A stretch of DNA of 31,014 bases from a virus (IMGVR_UViG_3300006120_000061:1-31014); one strand, 5' to 3'. Shown: positions 14,648 through 24,685, counted from the stretch's first letter. Notes: generated from the sequence alone by a model not told the origin. Program-made: numbers and translations.

Positions 14648-16390
14648 ATGAGCAGAAGCGGATCACCATATTCAACACCAAGAGATGCAAACAGAGTACC
14701 ATTCTTAACTGCCGCATCAACAGCAGACGGAGTTACACCTGTTGTACTTGAAGCTGACCCTACGACTCATCTACTACAAGTATCTAGTTCAGGTGGCGGT
14801 GGAGGTACACAATATACCGATGGGTCAGCTACAATAGCTCATCCAATAGGAACAATACCTGTTTATGATAAAGCAGGAACAATAACATCTGTATCAGTGG
14901 CAAACCCTTTGCCAGTAAGTGCTTCAATAACTCCAACAAGCGATACAACTCAAACAGGTTCTATCACAGGCTCTGGACAATCTGTTACATTTGCAGTAAA
15001 TGCACAATCAACTGTAGGTATACAAGCATCTGGTACTTTCTCTGGCACTATTTTAATTAAAGGTTCTGTAGATGGCTCTACATACACACCAACAACCGCT
15101 ACTAGCTTATCTACTGGTGGTACGGTGTCTACTATAACTTCATCGTTTACAGGTCAAGTTAATGTTGCAGGTTTTGTATCTTTTCAACTTACTAGCGTTT
15201 CTTGGACTTCGGGAACAGCAAATATATCTTTAAGAGCTTCAACTGGAATATCTAACATAATGTTAGACAATCCACTTCCTGTAGGGACTAATTCGATTGG
15301 TAACGTAGGACTTAACGCTGGTACTAACGCTATTGGTTCTATTACTAATACTTCGTTTACCGCTACACAAGCTACGGGTACAAACTTACACACAGTAGTA
15401 GATTCTGGTGCTGTTACAGCTAACATAGGAACAACTAACGGACTTGCTTTAGACGCTACTCTTACGGGTGGAACACAACAATCAAAAATTACAGACGGAA
15501 CTAACATAGCAAGCGTTGTTGCTGGTGATACAGGTTTTAATGGTACGGCAATAGCTTCTGGAACAAAAACCATAGCAATAACAACTTCTGGTACTGGTGC
15601 TCAAACTATTGGACCATTTGATGTAAGAGGCTACCAAACAATAGAAGTTGTATGGACAGTTAACGGAACTGGTCTTACATTAACTGGTGCTCAATGGTCG
15701 CCTACATCAGGTGGAACTTTTCAAACAGCAAGCACATTTACTACTGGTATTAACGCACCATCTAACGCTTTAGGTACAGTAATAAATACAGTTTACAAAT
15801 CACAAATCTGGGGTAACTATTTCCAAATAGCTGTATCAGCTTTAACATCAGGAACTGCAACAGGCTACATTACGCTAAGAAACATGCCCTTATACACTTC
15901 GACTGTATCCGCTAACATTACTGCTACTAACAATACAACATCTACTATTCCTACTTCTGCATTACCAGTAGGATTTAAAGCTTTATCTGCCGACCAAACT
16001 GCAACTACAACTACCTATAACACTCAGGGTATAGTTGACCTTGTTGGTAAGCAAGTCGTAATGCCTTACTCCATTAACCAGCAATTTGTGAAGGGTACAG
16101 GTAACGCCACAGGTACAGCTTCGACATCACTTATAACTGCAGTAGCTTCTAACTCAATCTACTTAACATCAGTTCAGGTAATGAACACAGGAACAGTTAC
16201 ATCACAAATTTTATTACAAGACGGTAACGCAGGTACGACACTAGCTTACGCACAGGCTCCTGCTGGTGGTGGTTCTAACATTACATTTCCAGTTCCAATT
16301 AAAAACACATCAGGTAACGCTTGGTATTTTGCAGCAGGTTCTGCTTCATCAACAATTTATGTATCAGCACAAGGATATTACGGAGTTTAA
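14648..16390 (+). CDS. Thr/Gly/Ser-rich beta-structured virion fibre/spike-like protein
   Basis: 580 aa, few charged residues, GTNSIGNV/GTNAIGSI repeats; function inferred. Confidence 0.6.
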   Translation: MSRSGSPYSTPRDANRVPFLTAASTADGVTPVVLEADPTTHLLQVSSSGGGGGTQYTDGSATIAHPIGTIPVYDKAGTITSVSVANPLPVSASITPTSDTTQTGSITGSGQSVTFAVNAQSTVGIQASGTFSGTILIKGSVDGSTYTPTTATSLSTGGTVSTITSSFTGQVNVAGFVSFQLTSVSWTSGTANISLRASTGISNIMLDNPLPVGTNSIGNVGLNAGTNAIGSITNTSFTATQATGTNLHTVVDSGAVTANIGTTNGLALDATLTGGTQQSKITDGTNIASVVAGDTGFNGTAIASGTKTIAITTSGTGAQTIGPFDVRGYQTIEVVWTVNGTGLTLTGAQWSPTSGGTFQTASTFTTGINAPSNALGTVINTVYKSQIWGNYFQIAVSALTSGTATGYITLRNMPLYTSTVSANITATNNTTSTIPTSALPVGFKALSADQTATTTTYNTQGIVDLVGKQVVMPYSINQQFVKGTGNATGTASTSLITAVASNSIYLTSVQVMNTGTVTSQILLQDGNAGTTLAYAQAPAGGGSNITFPVPIKNTSGNAWYFAAGSASSTIYVSAQGYYGV

Positions 16391-16392
16391 TT

Positions 16393-16536
16393 ATGAAACC
16401 AACATCTTACACAATAGTTAGCCAAACAGATACAGAAAACGATTCAGTAGTAGTTTATAAAGACCAAGACGGGTTTGAATACCAGATTTTAGTTCCATTA
16501 GGTTCTAACTTAGACCAAATAATTTTAGGAGTTTAA
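16393..16536 (+). CDS. small hypothetical protein, 47 aa
   Basis: ATG 16393 after GGAG; fills the gap between two structural ORFs (ORF-track start 16321 is probably too early). Confidence 0.6.
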   Translation: MKPTSYTIVSQTDTENDSVVVYKDQDGFEYQILVPLGSNLDQIILGV

Positions 16537-16537
16537 T

Positions 16538-17233
16538 ATGGCTATTTCGTTTGTAGCTACAAGAGCCACAACAGGAACAGCAGCAACAACAACTACTGTA
16601 ACGATTGCAACTTCTACTGCTATACAGATTAATAATCTTTTAGTTATAGCTGTAAAAGTATCTGGTGGTAATACTGTGAGTTCAATAACTGATACAAGAA
16701 CTAACAACTGGATAACAGGTGCTTCCAATCAGACTGCTGGTCCAGATATAGATATTTGGTATCAATATGTAACTACTCCATATCAAGCAGGTGATTTGAT
16801 TACAGTTACAGCTTCGGCAGGTACTAATCAAATTGTAAATGTTGTTTTATTAGAGTTTTCAGGATTGTCACGAGATTTTGGTTCCGTTTTAGATACTAAC
16901 CAAAGTCCAGGTACAACAGCTTCTCCTGCATCTGCTACGACTAAAACTATGGCATTAACAGCAACAACTAAATGGCAAGATTTGGTAATAGCTGGAGTAG
17001 GAACTGGTGGTGCAACTTCACAAACATTTACTTATAACACAGGTAATGGCTGGACTGGAGTAACTTCTACTGGACCAAGTGCCACAGTTCAATTAGGCCT
17101 TCAATGGAAAATACAAACAGCAGTAGGTACAGAAAGCACCACTATTTCATGGACTGGTTCACAACCATACGGGTATGCTATGGCTGCTTTTTATCCTAGA
17201 AACTATTTTGGTGGATTGTTAGGTGTTGGATAA
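16538..17233 (+). CDS. putative virion structural protein (Thr-rich beta-sandwich)
   Basis: 231 aa, AGGAG SD, composition like neighbouring structural genes. Confidence 0.6.
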   Translation: MAISFVATRATTGTAATTTTVTIATSTAIQINNLLVIAVKVSGGNTVSSITDTRTNNWITGASNQTAGPDIDIWYQYVTTPYQAGDLITVTASAGTNQIVNVVLLEFSGLSRDFGSVLDTNQSPGTTASPASATTKTMALTATTKWQDLVIAGVGTGGATSQTFTYNTGNGWTGVTSTGPSATVQLGLQWKIQTAVGTESTTISWTGSQPYGYAMAAFYPRNYFGGLLGVG

Positions 17234-17238
17234 ATCAA

Positions 17239-17311
17239 TTGTTATCAGAAAACAATAATGATATAATCGTTTCATAGGCAACTATATCAGCCCCTCACAA
17301 GGGGTTTTTTT
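17239..17311 (+). promoter_or_regulatory. promoter + TAGGCAA leader + terminator, copy 4 (before tail gene block)
   Basis: TTGTTA-N17-(TGa)TATAAT(17262); TAGGCAA 17275; AGCCCCT-CACA-AGGGG-T7. Confidence 0.8.
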
Positions 17312-17329
17312 ATTTAATAAGGAGTAAAT

Positions 17330-17716
17330 ATGGCATATACACCAACACCTCTAAGACAAAAAGGAACACAATCTTTTGGCTCATTGGTACAAGATCAAAA
17401 CAGAGTAGAAATGACAGGTGCTATTGGAAACACATTACAGTCACAAGACGCAACAGCAACACCTGTACTATCACCATTAACTAATGGTAGTGCCTCAGGA
17501 TTTGCTCTTACAGTACCAGCTAACGCAGTACAATGTACAATCTATTGCACCACAGTAGCAGTTACACTATTAGTCGGTGAGGATTCAAGTTACGCTCAGG
17601 GTATGTTTGTACCTGCAACAACTTATTTCACAGTAGATTGCGCAAGAATGGCTAATATTTATATTAAACCTTCTAGCGGTACTAACACTATATATTTCCA
17701 ATTCAAAGTAGTTTAA
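17330..17716 (+). CDS. putative virion structural protein
   Basis: 128 aa, AAGGAG SD. Confidence 0.65.
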   Translation: MAYTPTPLRQKGTQSFGSLVQDQNRVEMTGAIGNTLQSQDATATPVLSPLTNGSASGFALTVPANAVQCTIYCTTVAVTLLVGEDSSYAQGMFVPATTYFTVDCARMANIYIKPSSGTNTIYFQFKVV

Positions 17717-17726
17717 GGAGATTTAA

Positions 17727-18089
17727 GTGGCAGTTAAGAATGTAACAACTTGGGCTCCAGCAAGTGGAGCAGGAACAATTCAGCAACAGGCTAGTTTTAA
17801 CCTTGCCACAAATACTGGTTCTTTAATAGTTACTAACTCTGGCAACTTCTTAGTCACAACTACAAACAAATATATACCAAAAAGTTTATCTACATGGACA
17901 TTGACTCCTAAAACAAAAACAACATGGGGTGCGCCAAGTGGTACAGGTTATTTCAAAGCAGGAACAGTTACTGCAATAACAGATCAATTAGCTTCAAACA
18001 TTACCGACCAAACAGGTGCATCAATAACAGATAATGGTGTAAGTTATTCAGACAAATACGTAACAACATGGACAGCGAGCGGAGCATAA
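17727..18089 (+). CDS. putative virion protein with short internal repeats
   Basis: 120 aa, GTG start with AAGGAG; repeated TTW and ITD(Q/N) motifs. Confidence 0.65.
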   Translation: MAVKNVTTWAPASGAGTIQQQASFNLATNTGSLIVTNSGNFLVTTTNKYIPKSLSTWTLTPKTKTTWGAPSGTGYFKAGTVTAITDQLASNITDQTGASITDNGVSYSDKYVTTWTASGA

Positions 18090-18090
18090 T

Positions 18091-19002
18091 ATGGGACAAC
18101 TTAATTCATACCCAACAGCCAGCACAATAGACGCAGTAAATGACAAGTTAGTTATATGGACTAACTCTTTAAGTGCTGTTCAAAACATTAACCGAAATAC
18201 GTTCCTCAATTTATCTTCCCAGCCTGTCGGACTGAGTGATTCCCAGACGCTGACAAACAAAACACTCACATCACCTACTATTAATGGTGCTACTTTAAGT
18301 GGCACCCTTTCTGGAACATACACAATAGGTGGTACACCAACATTTCCTTCCTCAGTCACACAGAACACTGTTGTGCAGACGTTAACCAACAAAACGTTAA
18401 CAAGTCCAACTATTAACTCACCAACCATTACAAACGCTACAATAAGTGCAGATACACTTACTGGATATACAACTTCAAACAGTGGAACAATATATGGTGT
18501 ATCTATAACAAGTGGTGCAATTAATGGTTCTTCATTAACATCATCTAGTGTACCTTTAACAAAATTAACATCCGATTCTTCATGGGCTTGGACTACTTGG
18601 ACTCCAACATTTACAAACTTCACTATAGGTAATGGAACATTAAATTGTTATTACGTCACAGTTGGTAAAAATGTTTATTTCACTATGCAAGTAGTTTTAG
18701 GTACAACTTCTTCGGTAGGAACAAACCCCTACTTCACTTTACCAGTGAACAACAATACAACTACTTATCCAACAACTGGTAATAATCAAAATATGATAGC
18801 TACAGGTTGGGGTTTTGTAGGAGGTAGTAATTATTTCTTATATGGTGCAATAAACAACACAACAGGTGCTAATAAATGTCAATTACTAGCTTCTTTAGTT
18901 TCTTCTACTTATGTTCAAATAACTGGAGTTTCTGCAACTGTTCCAAATACATGGGCTAACACTAACCAAATTACTTTGCAAGGGGTTTACCAATCATCAT
19001 GA
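18091..19002 (+). CDS. tail fibre-like protein, paralog 1
   Basis: 303 aa; QTLTNKTLTSPTIN twice; C-terminal domain beginning WTTWTPTFT, a pattern common in fibre tip domains. Confidence 0.7.
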   Translation: MGQLNSYPTASTIDAVNDKLVIWTNSLSAVQNINRNTFLNLSSQPVGLSDSQTLTNKTLTSPTINGATLSGTLSGTYTIGGTPTFPSSVTQNTVVQTLTNKTLTSPTINSPTITNATISADTLTGYTTSNSGTIYGVSITSGAINGSSLTSSSVPLTKLTSDSSWAWTTWTPTFTNFTIGNGTLNCYYVTVGKNVYFTMQVVLGTTSSVGTNPYFTLPVNNNTTTYPTTGNNQNMIATGWGFVGGSNYFLYGAINNTTGANKCQLLASLVSSTYVQITGVSATVPNTWANTNQITLQGVYQSS

Positions 19003-19919
19003 GTAATGTAACAATAAACTCATTACCAACTGCAAGCACAATAGATGCTACTAATGATTTACTTCCTATTTACACTAATTCATTAACAGCTACTCAAGCT
19101 ATATCTAGGAACACTTATCTTAACCTATCTAGTCAGCCAGTAGGATTAACAGATAGTCAAACACTTACTAATAAGACATTGACTTCTCCAACAATAAATG
19201 GTGCAACATTATCTGGAACATTATCTGGTACTTATACTATTGGTGGAACTCCTACATTTCCTGCAACAGTAGTTCAGACAACTACAAGCCAAACATTAAC
19301 TAACAAAACACTTACAAGCCCTACAATAAACAGTCCTACAATTACTAATGCAACTATATCAGCTGACACACTTACAGGATATACAACAAGTAATTCAGGT
19401 ACTATTTATGGAGTGCCTGTAACAACTGGAACTATTTCTGGTAGCTATTTAACAAGTGGTACAGTTACTTCAACTCAGATAGCTACTAATGGAGTAGCTG
19501 CAACTAACCTAGCAACATCAGCAATTACTTTAGGGTATGCGCAAATAACAACCAATGTAACAACCACAGCAACAAGTGCTTCTTACGCAACAGGATTAAC
19601 AATTACTGTAACTATTCCTGCTGGTGGTCGCAGGGTCAAGGTTACCGTATATACAGTAGCTTTAAATACAAGCGGTAGTGGTAATGCACAGATGTCGTTA
19701 TGGACTGGTGCTTCAGCGGGTACATTAACTACGCAATTACAACAATGGAACGCGCCGCAAGGAACAAATCTTAATGCAGGAGCTAGTATGATATTTTCTC
19801 ACATACCCTCTGCGGGATTGCTAACATATAATATTGGCTTTAATAGTACATCAGCAGGTACTACAACTTTAAGTGCAGCATCAAATCTGCCTGCATTTAT
19901 TTTAGTGGAGGCAATCTAA
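18999..19919 (+). CDS. tail fibre-like protein, paralog 2
   Basis: 306 aa; N-terminal about 150 aa nearly identical to paralog 1, different C-terminal domain. Confidence 0.7.
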   Translation: MSNVTINSLPTASTIDATNDLLPIYTNSLTATQAISRNTYLNLSSQPVGLTDSQTLTNKTLTSPTINGATLSGTLSGTYTIGGTPTFPATVVQTTTSQTLTNKTLTSPTINSPTITNATISADTLTGYTTSNSGTIYGVPVTTGTISGSYLTSGTVTSTQIATNGVAATNLATSAITLGYAQITTNVTTTATSASYATGLTITVTIPAGGRRVKVTVYTVALNTSGSGNAQMSLWTGASAGTLTTQLQQWNAPQGTNLNAGASMIFSHIPSAGLLTYNIGFNSTSAGTTTLSAASNLPAFILVEAI

Positions 19920-19935
19920 TGAGGAGAAATAAAAA

Positions 19936-20838
19936 ATGCTAACTTTTACCACAATGTATAACAGAGCAGTCAACATGGTTGGCATTAGCTCTACAACAAA
20001 CGCTCAAGATGTTACTAACATGAAGTCAGATATAAATCAGGCTTTAAGATTATTTAAGAATTCATCAAGAAGATACTGGACTCGTAAAGAAGTATCGGCT
20101 AACTTGGTTGCTGGTCAGCAGTATTACACATTTCCAGAAGATATGGTTCGTATTACTGAGGTTAAGTCTAATACAGGTTCTGGAAGTTATAACTGGCCGC
20201 TTGTAGGAATTGATTCCGAAGCTATATGGAACAGATACAACATTATTCCAAACAATACATTAATGGTGCCTCAGTTTTACTTCATTAGAGGTAGGAACGA
20301 AATTGGTTTATATCCAATCCCTTCACAGAATGTTACAGCAGGACTTATTGTAAGCTATGAGCCACGTATGCTCGATATGAATACAGATGATACAACTACA
20401 ACCACTGTTACAGTTACAAATGGATCACAGTATGTTACAAGCCCAAGTACAAACTTCAGTACAAACATGGTAGGTATGCAATTCAGTGTTACTGACGGAA
20501 GTGATGGTAACTGGTACCTAATAACAGCTGCAACAGCTACACAGCTTACACTAGAGAACGCTTATCAAGGTCCTAGTTCTAGTGCAGTAGCTTGTACTAT
20601 TGGACTTGTTCCAGATATTCCAGAGGAGTATCAATTAGGCTTAGTTTATTACGCTTGTTATAATTACTACTTGAAGCGTAATGAAATGGCTAACGCTACA
20701 CTATATAAAAGTCTGTATGAAGAACTGCTCAATAGATTTGTTGATGTGTACGCAGCTAAAACAACTGGTATTGTTCAGAAATCAATTAGTGATGATATAT
20801 TCAACATCTTCTGGTTGCCACCAGGAACGATGTCATAG
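19936..20838 (+). CDS. putative head-tail adaptor protein
   Basis: 300 aa; YYTFPEDM, IGLYPIP and PDIPEEYQLGLVYYA motifs recalled from podovirus-like adaptor proteins; GAGGAG SD. Confidence 0.6.
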   Translation: MLTFTTMYNRAVNMVGISSTTNAQDVTNMKSDINQALRLFKNSSRRYWTRKEVSANLVAGQQYYTFPEDMVRITEVKSNTGSGSYNWPLVGIDSEAIWNRYNIIPNNTLMVPQFYFIRGRNEIGLYPIPSQNVTAGLIVSYEPRMLDMNTDDTTTTTVTVTNGSQYVTSPSTNFSTNMVGMQFSVTDGSDGNWYLITAATATQLTLENAYQGPSSSAVACTIGLVPDIPEEYQLGLVYYACYNYYLKRNEMANATLYKSLYEELLNRFVDVYAAKTTGIVQKSISDDIFNIFWLPPGTMS

Positions 20839-20847
20839 GAGGTCAAT

Positions 20848-22956
20848 ATGGCAGGTCCTAAAAACACAGAAAAGTTCAAGATTAACAATGAATACTTTCA
20901 GGGTGGTATTTCTGTTGACCCAAAGTTAGCTGTTGCTAATTCATTTTATTACTCACAAAACTTAGACTTTAGAAGCAAGCCAAGTCAAATATCTGTACTT
21001 CCTGGCACACGACAAATAGCTAGTAACATGAATGACTTAGTTACTGCTATGGATCAGGACTTAAATGGCGTTAGATGGGGCGTAGGAGCATCTGGTGGTT
21101 TATATAAGATAAACAACTCGAATGTTATTTCTAAGGTCGCCCAACTGCCCGAAAATGGCTCTGCTGGGCTTTTATACAACCAAGTAACTGACCAACTCTA
21201 CATTCCAGGTCAAACTAGTGTATCAATGTATGGACAAGTCACTTCTGGTAACACAGGAAACCCAAACTACAAGCCAAACCAATTTGGTATATCTGCATCA
21301 CAGGGTAATGGATGTGTAAACATATTTAATACAAGTTCTGGATTCTTTGATGGTAACGCTGGTGTTAGAAACAATGCTGCAGCCATAAACCAAGTAGGTA
21401 TTACAAGCTCAAGCCAAGTTACAACATATTCAACAGCAACTTACACCTTGCCAAATACATTAACTGAAACGACAGGTAATTATTGCTACTTTGCTCCAGA
21501 CATAGAACCATTTCACTCAATAGATGTTTACATTACTAACATTGGAACAGGTAACTGGACACTTACACTACATGATAGCCTCAACAATGCTCTTGCTTCT
21601 GTAACAGTAACTAATGCCAACTTAACAGCCAACGCATATAACAAATTTACATTTGGTAAGCAAATTAGAGCTATTGTGAACGCTTCACAGACAGGTACTA
21701 GTGCAACTTACCATTTTCACTTAACATCTAGTGTAGCCAGCGATACTGCAACAGTTGGAACTATTACAGCTGGTGATTTATCTAGTGTTGACTTCTTGCT
21801 TTACGCTTACAGGCTTATTCAGACAAGTAATGGCTGGCACCCAACTGCTTTCTTTACAGGTGGTGGTGTTCCTTTGCTTTGTATAGGTAATGGTCAATAC
21901 TTATCCACATATAACTTTGGTAATGATGCAAACCCTACAAATTATCAATGGAATAGACATGCACTTTATTTCAAACCAGGTTACGAAGTTTGTGGAATAA
22001 CATCTAACAACCAATATCTAGTTATTGCTGCCGAAAGACGATCGAGTAACACAAGTCGTAGTTTCCAAGATGGAATACTTTACTTTTGGGATGGAACGAC
22101 CAATGCACCTAACTTTACAATAGATATACCAATGGGCGCACCTTATGGAATATACACATTTAACAATGTTACTTATTTCTTTGTAGGTGGTTCATTATTT
22201 GCATGGAGTGGTGGACAGACTGTTATTAAAGTTAGAAATATGGGTTACCAGAATACTGATTACTTAAATGCTAGTGATAGCACAATTATTAACCCTAACA
22301 TGATGACATCAAGATATAACTTACTCATGATGGGCTTTCCAAGTTCAACAACTAACTCAAATATACCTTATGGAGTTTATTCTTGGGGTACAGTCGAGCT
22401 TACATTTCCTAATAGCTTTGGATTAAGTTACACACTTTCAAATGGCTATGTAAACAATAACACCTCTGGTATTACAAACTTACAAATAGGTACGATACAA
22501 AACTTTGTAGATTCTATGTACATTTCATGGAGCTATACTTTGGCTGGAGTTACATACTATGGTATGGATGTTGTGGATAACTTTTCTACACCTGCAAGCA
22601 CATATAGCTGGCAATCGTTAATCTATGATGGTGGAGTTAGATATAAATCTAAAAAGGCATTAAGAATGAAAATATCCTTCTTGCCATTACCTACTGGAAC
22701 AACTCTTACAGCCCAATACTCATTGGACAGAGGTGCGTTTAAGTCTACTGACCCAATAAGCGGTAATTCATATACTGCAACAACAGGAGATACAAGCCTT
22801 ATTGTTGAATTTGATAACATGCGATTTTTTGAATTTCAATGGGGATTCTTTGGCACATGTTCAAGTTCGGCTGCATCAGCACCAACAATAACAAGTGTTG
22901 CAATAGAAATTGATGGACTTGCAGATGAAGTTGCACTTAAGAAGGATTACGCATAA
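20848..22956 (+). CDS. putative tail nozzle/stabilisation protein (P22 gp10 / T7 gp12-like role)
   Basis: 702 aa; N-terminal FQGGIS...QNLDFR, beta-propeller-like aromatic repeats (YFWDG, FAWSG); follows the adaptor. Confidence 0.55.
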   Translation: MAGPKNTEKFKINNEYFQGGISVDPKLAVANSFYYSQNLDFRSKPSQISVLPGTRQIASNMNDLVTAMDQDLNGVRWGVGASGGLYKINNSNVISKVAQLPENGSAGLLYNQVTDQLYIPGQTSVSMYGQVTSGNTGNPNYKPNQFGISASQGNGCVNIFNTSSGFFDGNAGVRNNAAAINQVGITSSSQVTTYSTATYTLPNTLTETTGNYCYFAPDIEPFHSIDVYITNIGTGNWTLTLHDSLNNALASVTVTNANLTANAYNKFTFGKQIRAIVNASQTGTSATYHFHLTSSVASDTATVGTITAGDLSSVDFLLYAYRLIQTSNGWHPTAFFTGGGVPLLCIGNGQYLSTYNFGNDANPTNYQWNRHALYFKPGYEVCGITSNNQYLVIAAERRSSNTSRSFQDGILYFWDGTTNAPNFTIDIPMGAPYGIYTFNNVTYFFVGGSLFAWSGGQTVIKVRNMGYQNTDYLNASDSTIINPNMMTSRYNLLMMGFPSSTTNSNIPYGVYSWGTVELTFPNSFGLSYTLSNGYVNNNTSGITNLQIGTIQNFVDSMYISWSYTLAGVTYYGMDVVDNFSTPASTYSWQSLIYDGGVRYKSKKALRMKISFLPLPTGTTLTAQYSLDRGAFKSTDPISGNSYTATTGDTSLIVEFDNMRFFEFQWGFFGTCSSSAASAPTITSVAIEIDGLADEVALKKDYA

Positions 22957-23291
22957 TGTTTGGCGGAGGCGGTTCACAGTTTACTAGTGATGTTTACCAA
23001 AACACCCCTAATATGTCGATGATGTTTACCATGTTTACACCTACATTTGGTAATGGTGATTTTATTATTCAACCACCTAATCCTGGCGAACTCGGACAAG
23101 GTTTTCCAACAATTCCTTACTTACCCCTTGAAGCATTAATTTACCAGCAACAATCAAGCAACCCTAATGTATCACCTGTTAATACAATGGCTGGTAGCAA
23201 TACAGGACAACAAGTTATATCATCAACTCAATCTACTAACGATCAAACTGGAATACCTAGAATGGTTGTTGGTAATCAAAACACTACTTAG
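22956..23291 (+). CDS. hypothetical structural protein
   Basis: 111 aa, TAATG coupling with the upstream gene. Confidence 0.6.
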   Translation: MFGGGGSQFTSDVYQNTPNMSMMFTMFTPTFGNGDFIIQPPNPGELGQGFPTIPYLPLEALIYQQQSSNPNVSPVNTMAGSNTGQQVISSTQSTNDQTGIPRMVVGNQNTT

Positions 23292-23299
23292 GAGTAATT

Positions 23300-23542
23300 A
23301 TGGCAACACAAGCAAATGTACCGTCAGGTTCAAGTAACGAATTCTTTGGTCAAAAGGTTTCTAAAAAAGGTATCAATGTTTATAACGCCTCTGATAAAGA
23401 TTTAATTTACAAAAACGATTACTCCACAACTACCTACTATGATGCTACTAATGCTAGAATACTTATAGGCTTACTTCCAGACGGAAGCTATGGCATAGTA
23501 ATATCTAAACCAGGATATGATGTAATTAAATTATTTTCATGA
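23300..23542 (+). CDS. hypothetical structural protein
   Basis: 80 aa, AGGAG SD; VSKKG/ISKPGYDV motifs. Confidence 0.65.
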   Translation: MATQANVPSGSSNEFFGQKVSKKGINVYNASDKDLIYKNDYSTTTYYDATNARILIGLLPDGSYGIVISKPGYDVIKLFS

Positions 23543-23904
23543 CAGTTAATAATACCAACTTGAATTATAACTCCAATTGGGATATAGATCAGCTTACACA
23601 ATCTGGTACTACAACAATTACTGCTGCAACAGGAGTTAATTCATATTCAATAGCCAATGTATCTTTTACTAACCCACCAGTGGTTGAAGTTTATTATCAA
23701 CCTGCTGGAACAAATTATTGGTTTCAAGCTGCTAGTCCAATAGGAGGTTTTGGTGGCACAATTGGATTAAATGCTATGAATAAAATTACAGTGGCATGGA
23801 TATCAAGTTCTACTAATCTTAGTGTTCAAGTAAATAATGGTTCAAGTGGCACAATTAACTTAAAGATTAGATATTATATTTGGTCAGATAAAATTAATTA
23901 TTGA
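23539..23904 (+). CDS. hypothetical tail-tip-like protein
   Basis: 121 aa, ATGA coupling, ends IRYYIW. Confidence 0.6.
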   Translation: MTVNNTNLNYNSNWDIDQLTQSGTTTITAATGVNSYSIANVSFTNPPVVEVYYQPAGTNYWFQAASPIGGFGGTIGLNAMNKITVAWISSSTNLSVQVNNGSSGTINLKIRYYIWSDKINY

Positions 23905-24251
23905 TGAGTATTCCTACTAAAAATTTACAATACATATCGTTTAGTTCCCAATTTAGATATGAATATATAGCTAAAAAAGGAAATGTCTATACAAATACGT
24001 CTGCGGTCGTAAACCATAATTTAGGATATGTTCCATTTTATAAGTTGTATATCAAATATCCAAATGGTGTTTATTCTTCTACAAGTAACGCTCCATCTGC
24101 TGGCTACATTACTCCAAGCGTGGGTTACCAAGAATTTACAGTTAGTTCAAATGCTACAAGTACCTCTTTAACAATTACACCATTTGATGAAACTTTAGCT
24201 AATAGATTTGTTACAATATATTACAGAATTTATGCGGAGCCACAATCATGA
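23904..24251 (+). CDS. hypothetical tail-tip-like protein
   Basis: 115 aa from ATG 23904 (TGATG coupling); VNHNLGYVP motif; ends IYYRIY. Confidence 0.6.
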   Translation: MSIPTKNLQYISFSSQFRYEYIAKKGNVYTNTSAVVNHNLGYVPFYKLYIKYPNGVYSSTSNAPSAGYITPSVGYQEFTVSSNATSTSLTITPFDETLANRFVTIYYRIYAEPQS

Positions 24252-24604
24252 GTATTAATTACGCTGGATTGCAAATGTCTTCTTCCACATCTTCATTAAA
24301 AATATTATTACAAGGTAAAGGAAGTGGTATTATACCAGCTAATGATGGAACAGGTGTAGTAACTTACACACAAATAGTAATACCTCATGGATATGCCAAT
24401 GATAATCTCATCTGGCAAGTTGGAGTTCAAGATTCAGCATTAGGAAGTTATCAAATTTTACCTTTTGGTTCACATGATAATACTAGACTTTATATTGCAT
24501 ATCTCGATTCTACTAATTTATATATAGAAGGTATTGAAAACGAACCTTTCTCATCTATTCCTAATATTAATTTCAATTATTATTATCGAATTTTCATACC
24601 ATAA
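24248..24604 (+). CDS. hypothetical tail-tip-like protein
   Basis: 118 aa, ATGA coupling; IPHGY motif; ends YYYRIF. Confidence 0.6.
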   Translation: MSINYAGLQMSSSTSSLKILLQGKGSGIIPANDGTGVVTYTQIVIPHGYANDNLIWQVGVQDSALGSYQILPFGSHDNTRLYIAYLDSTNLYIEGIENEPFSSIPNINFNYYYRIFIP

Positions 24605-24680
24605 TTGAATATTTTATTGTAGGGTGTATAATGTTAGATATTAGGCAACTAACATAGCCCTTCGAAGGAGGGTTTTTTTT
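24605..24680 (+). promoter_or_regulatory. promoter + TAGGCAA leader + terminator, copy 5 (before ejection-like genes)
   Basis: TTGAAT-N16-TATAAT(24627); TAGGCAA 24642; AGCCCTTC-GAA-GGAGGG-T8. Confidence 0.75.
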
Positions 24681-24685
24681 ATTTT

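Noticed and set aside
18091-19919. Diversity-generating retroelement or invertible tail-fibre switch
   Set aside because: No reverse transcriptase or invertase in the window; differences between the paralogs are synonymous and not adenine-specific; both genes have the same orientation.
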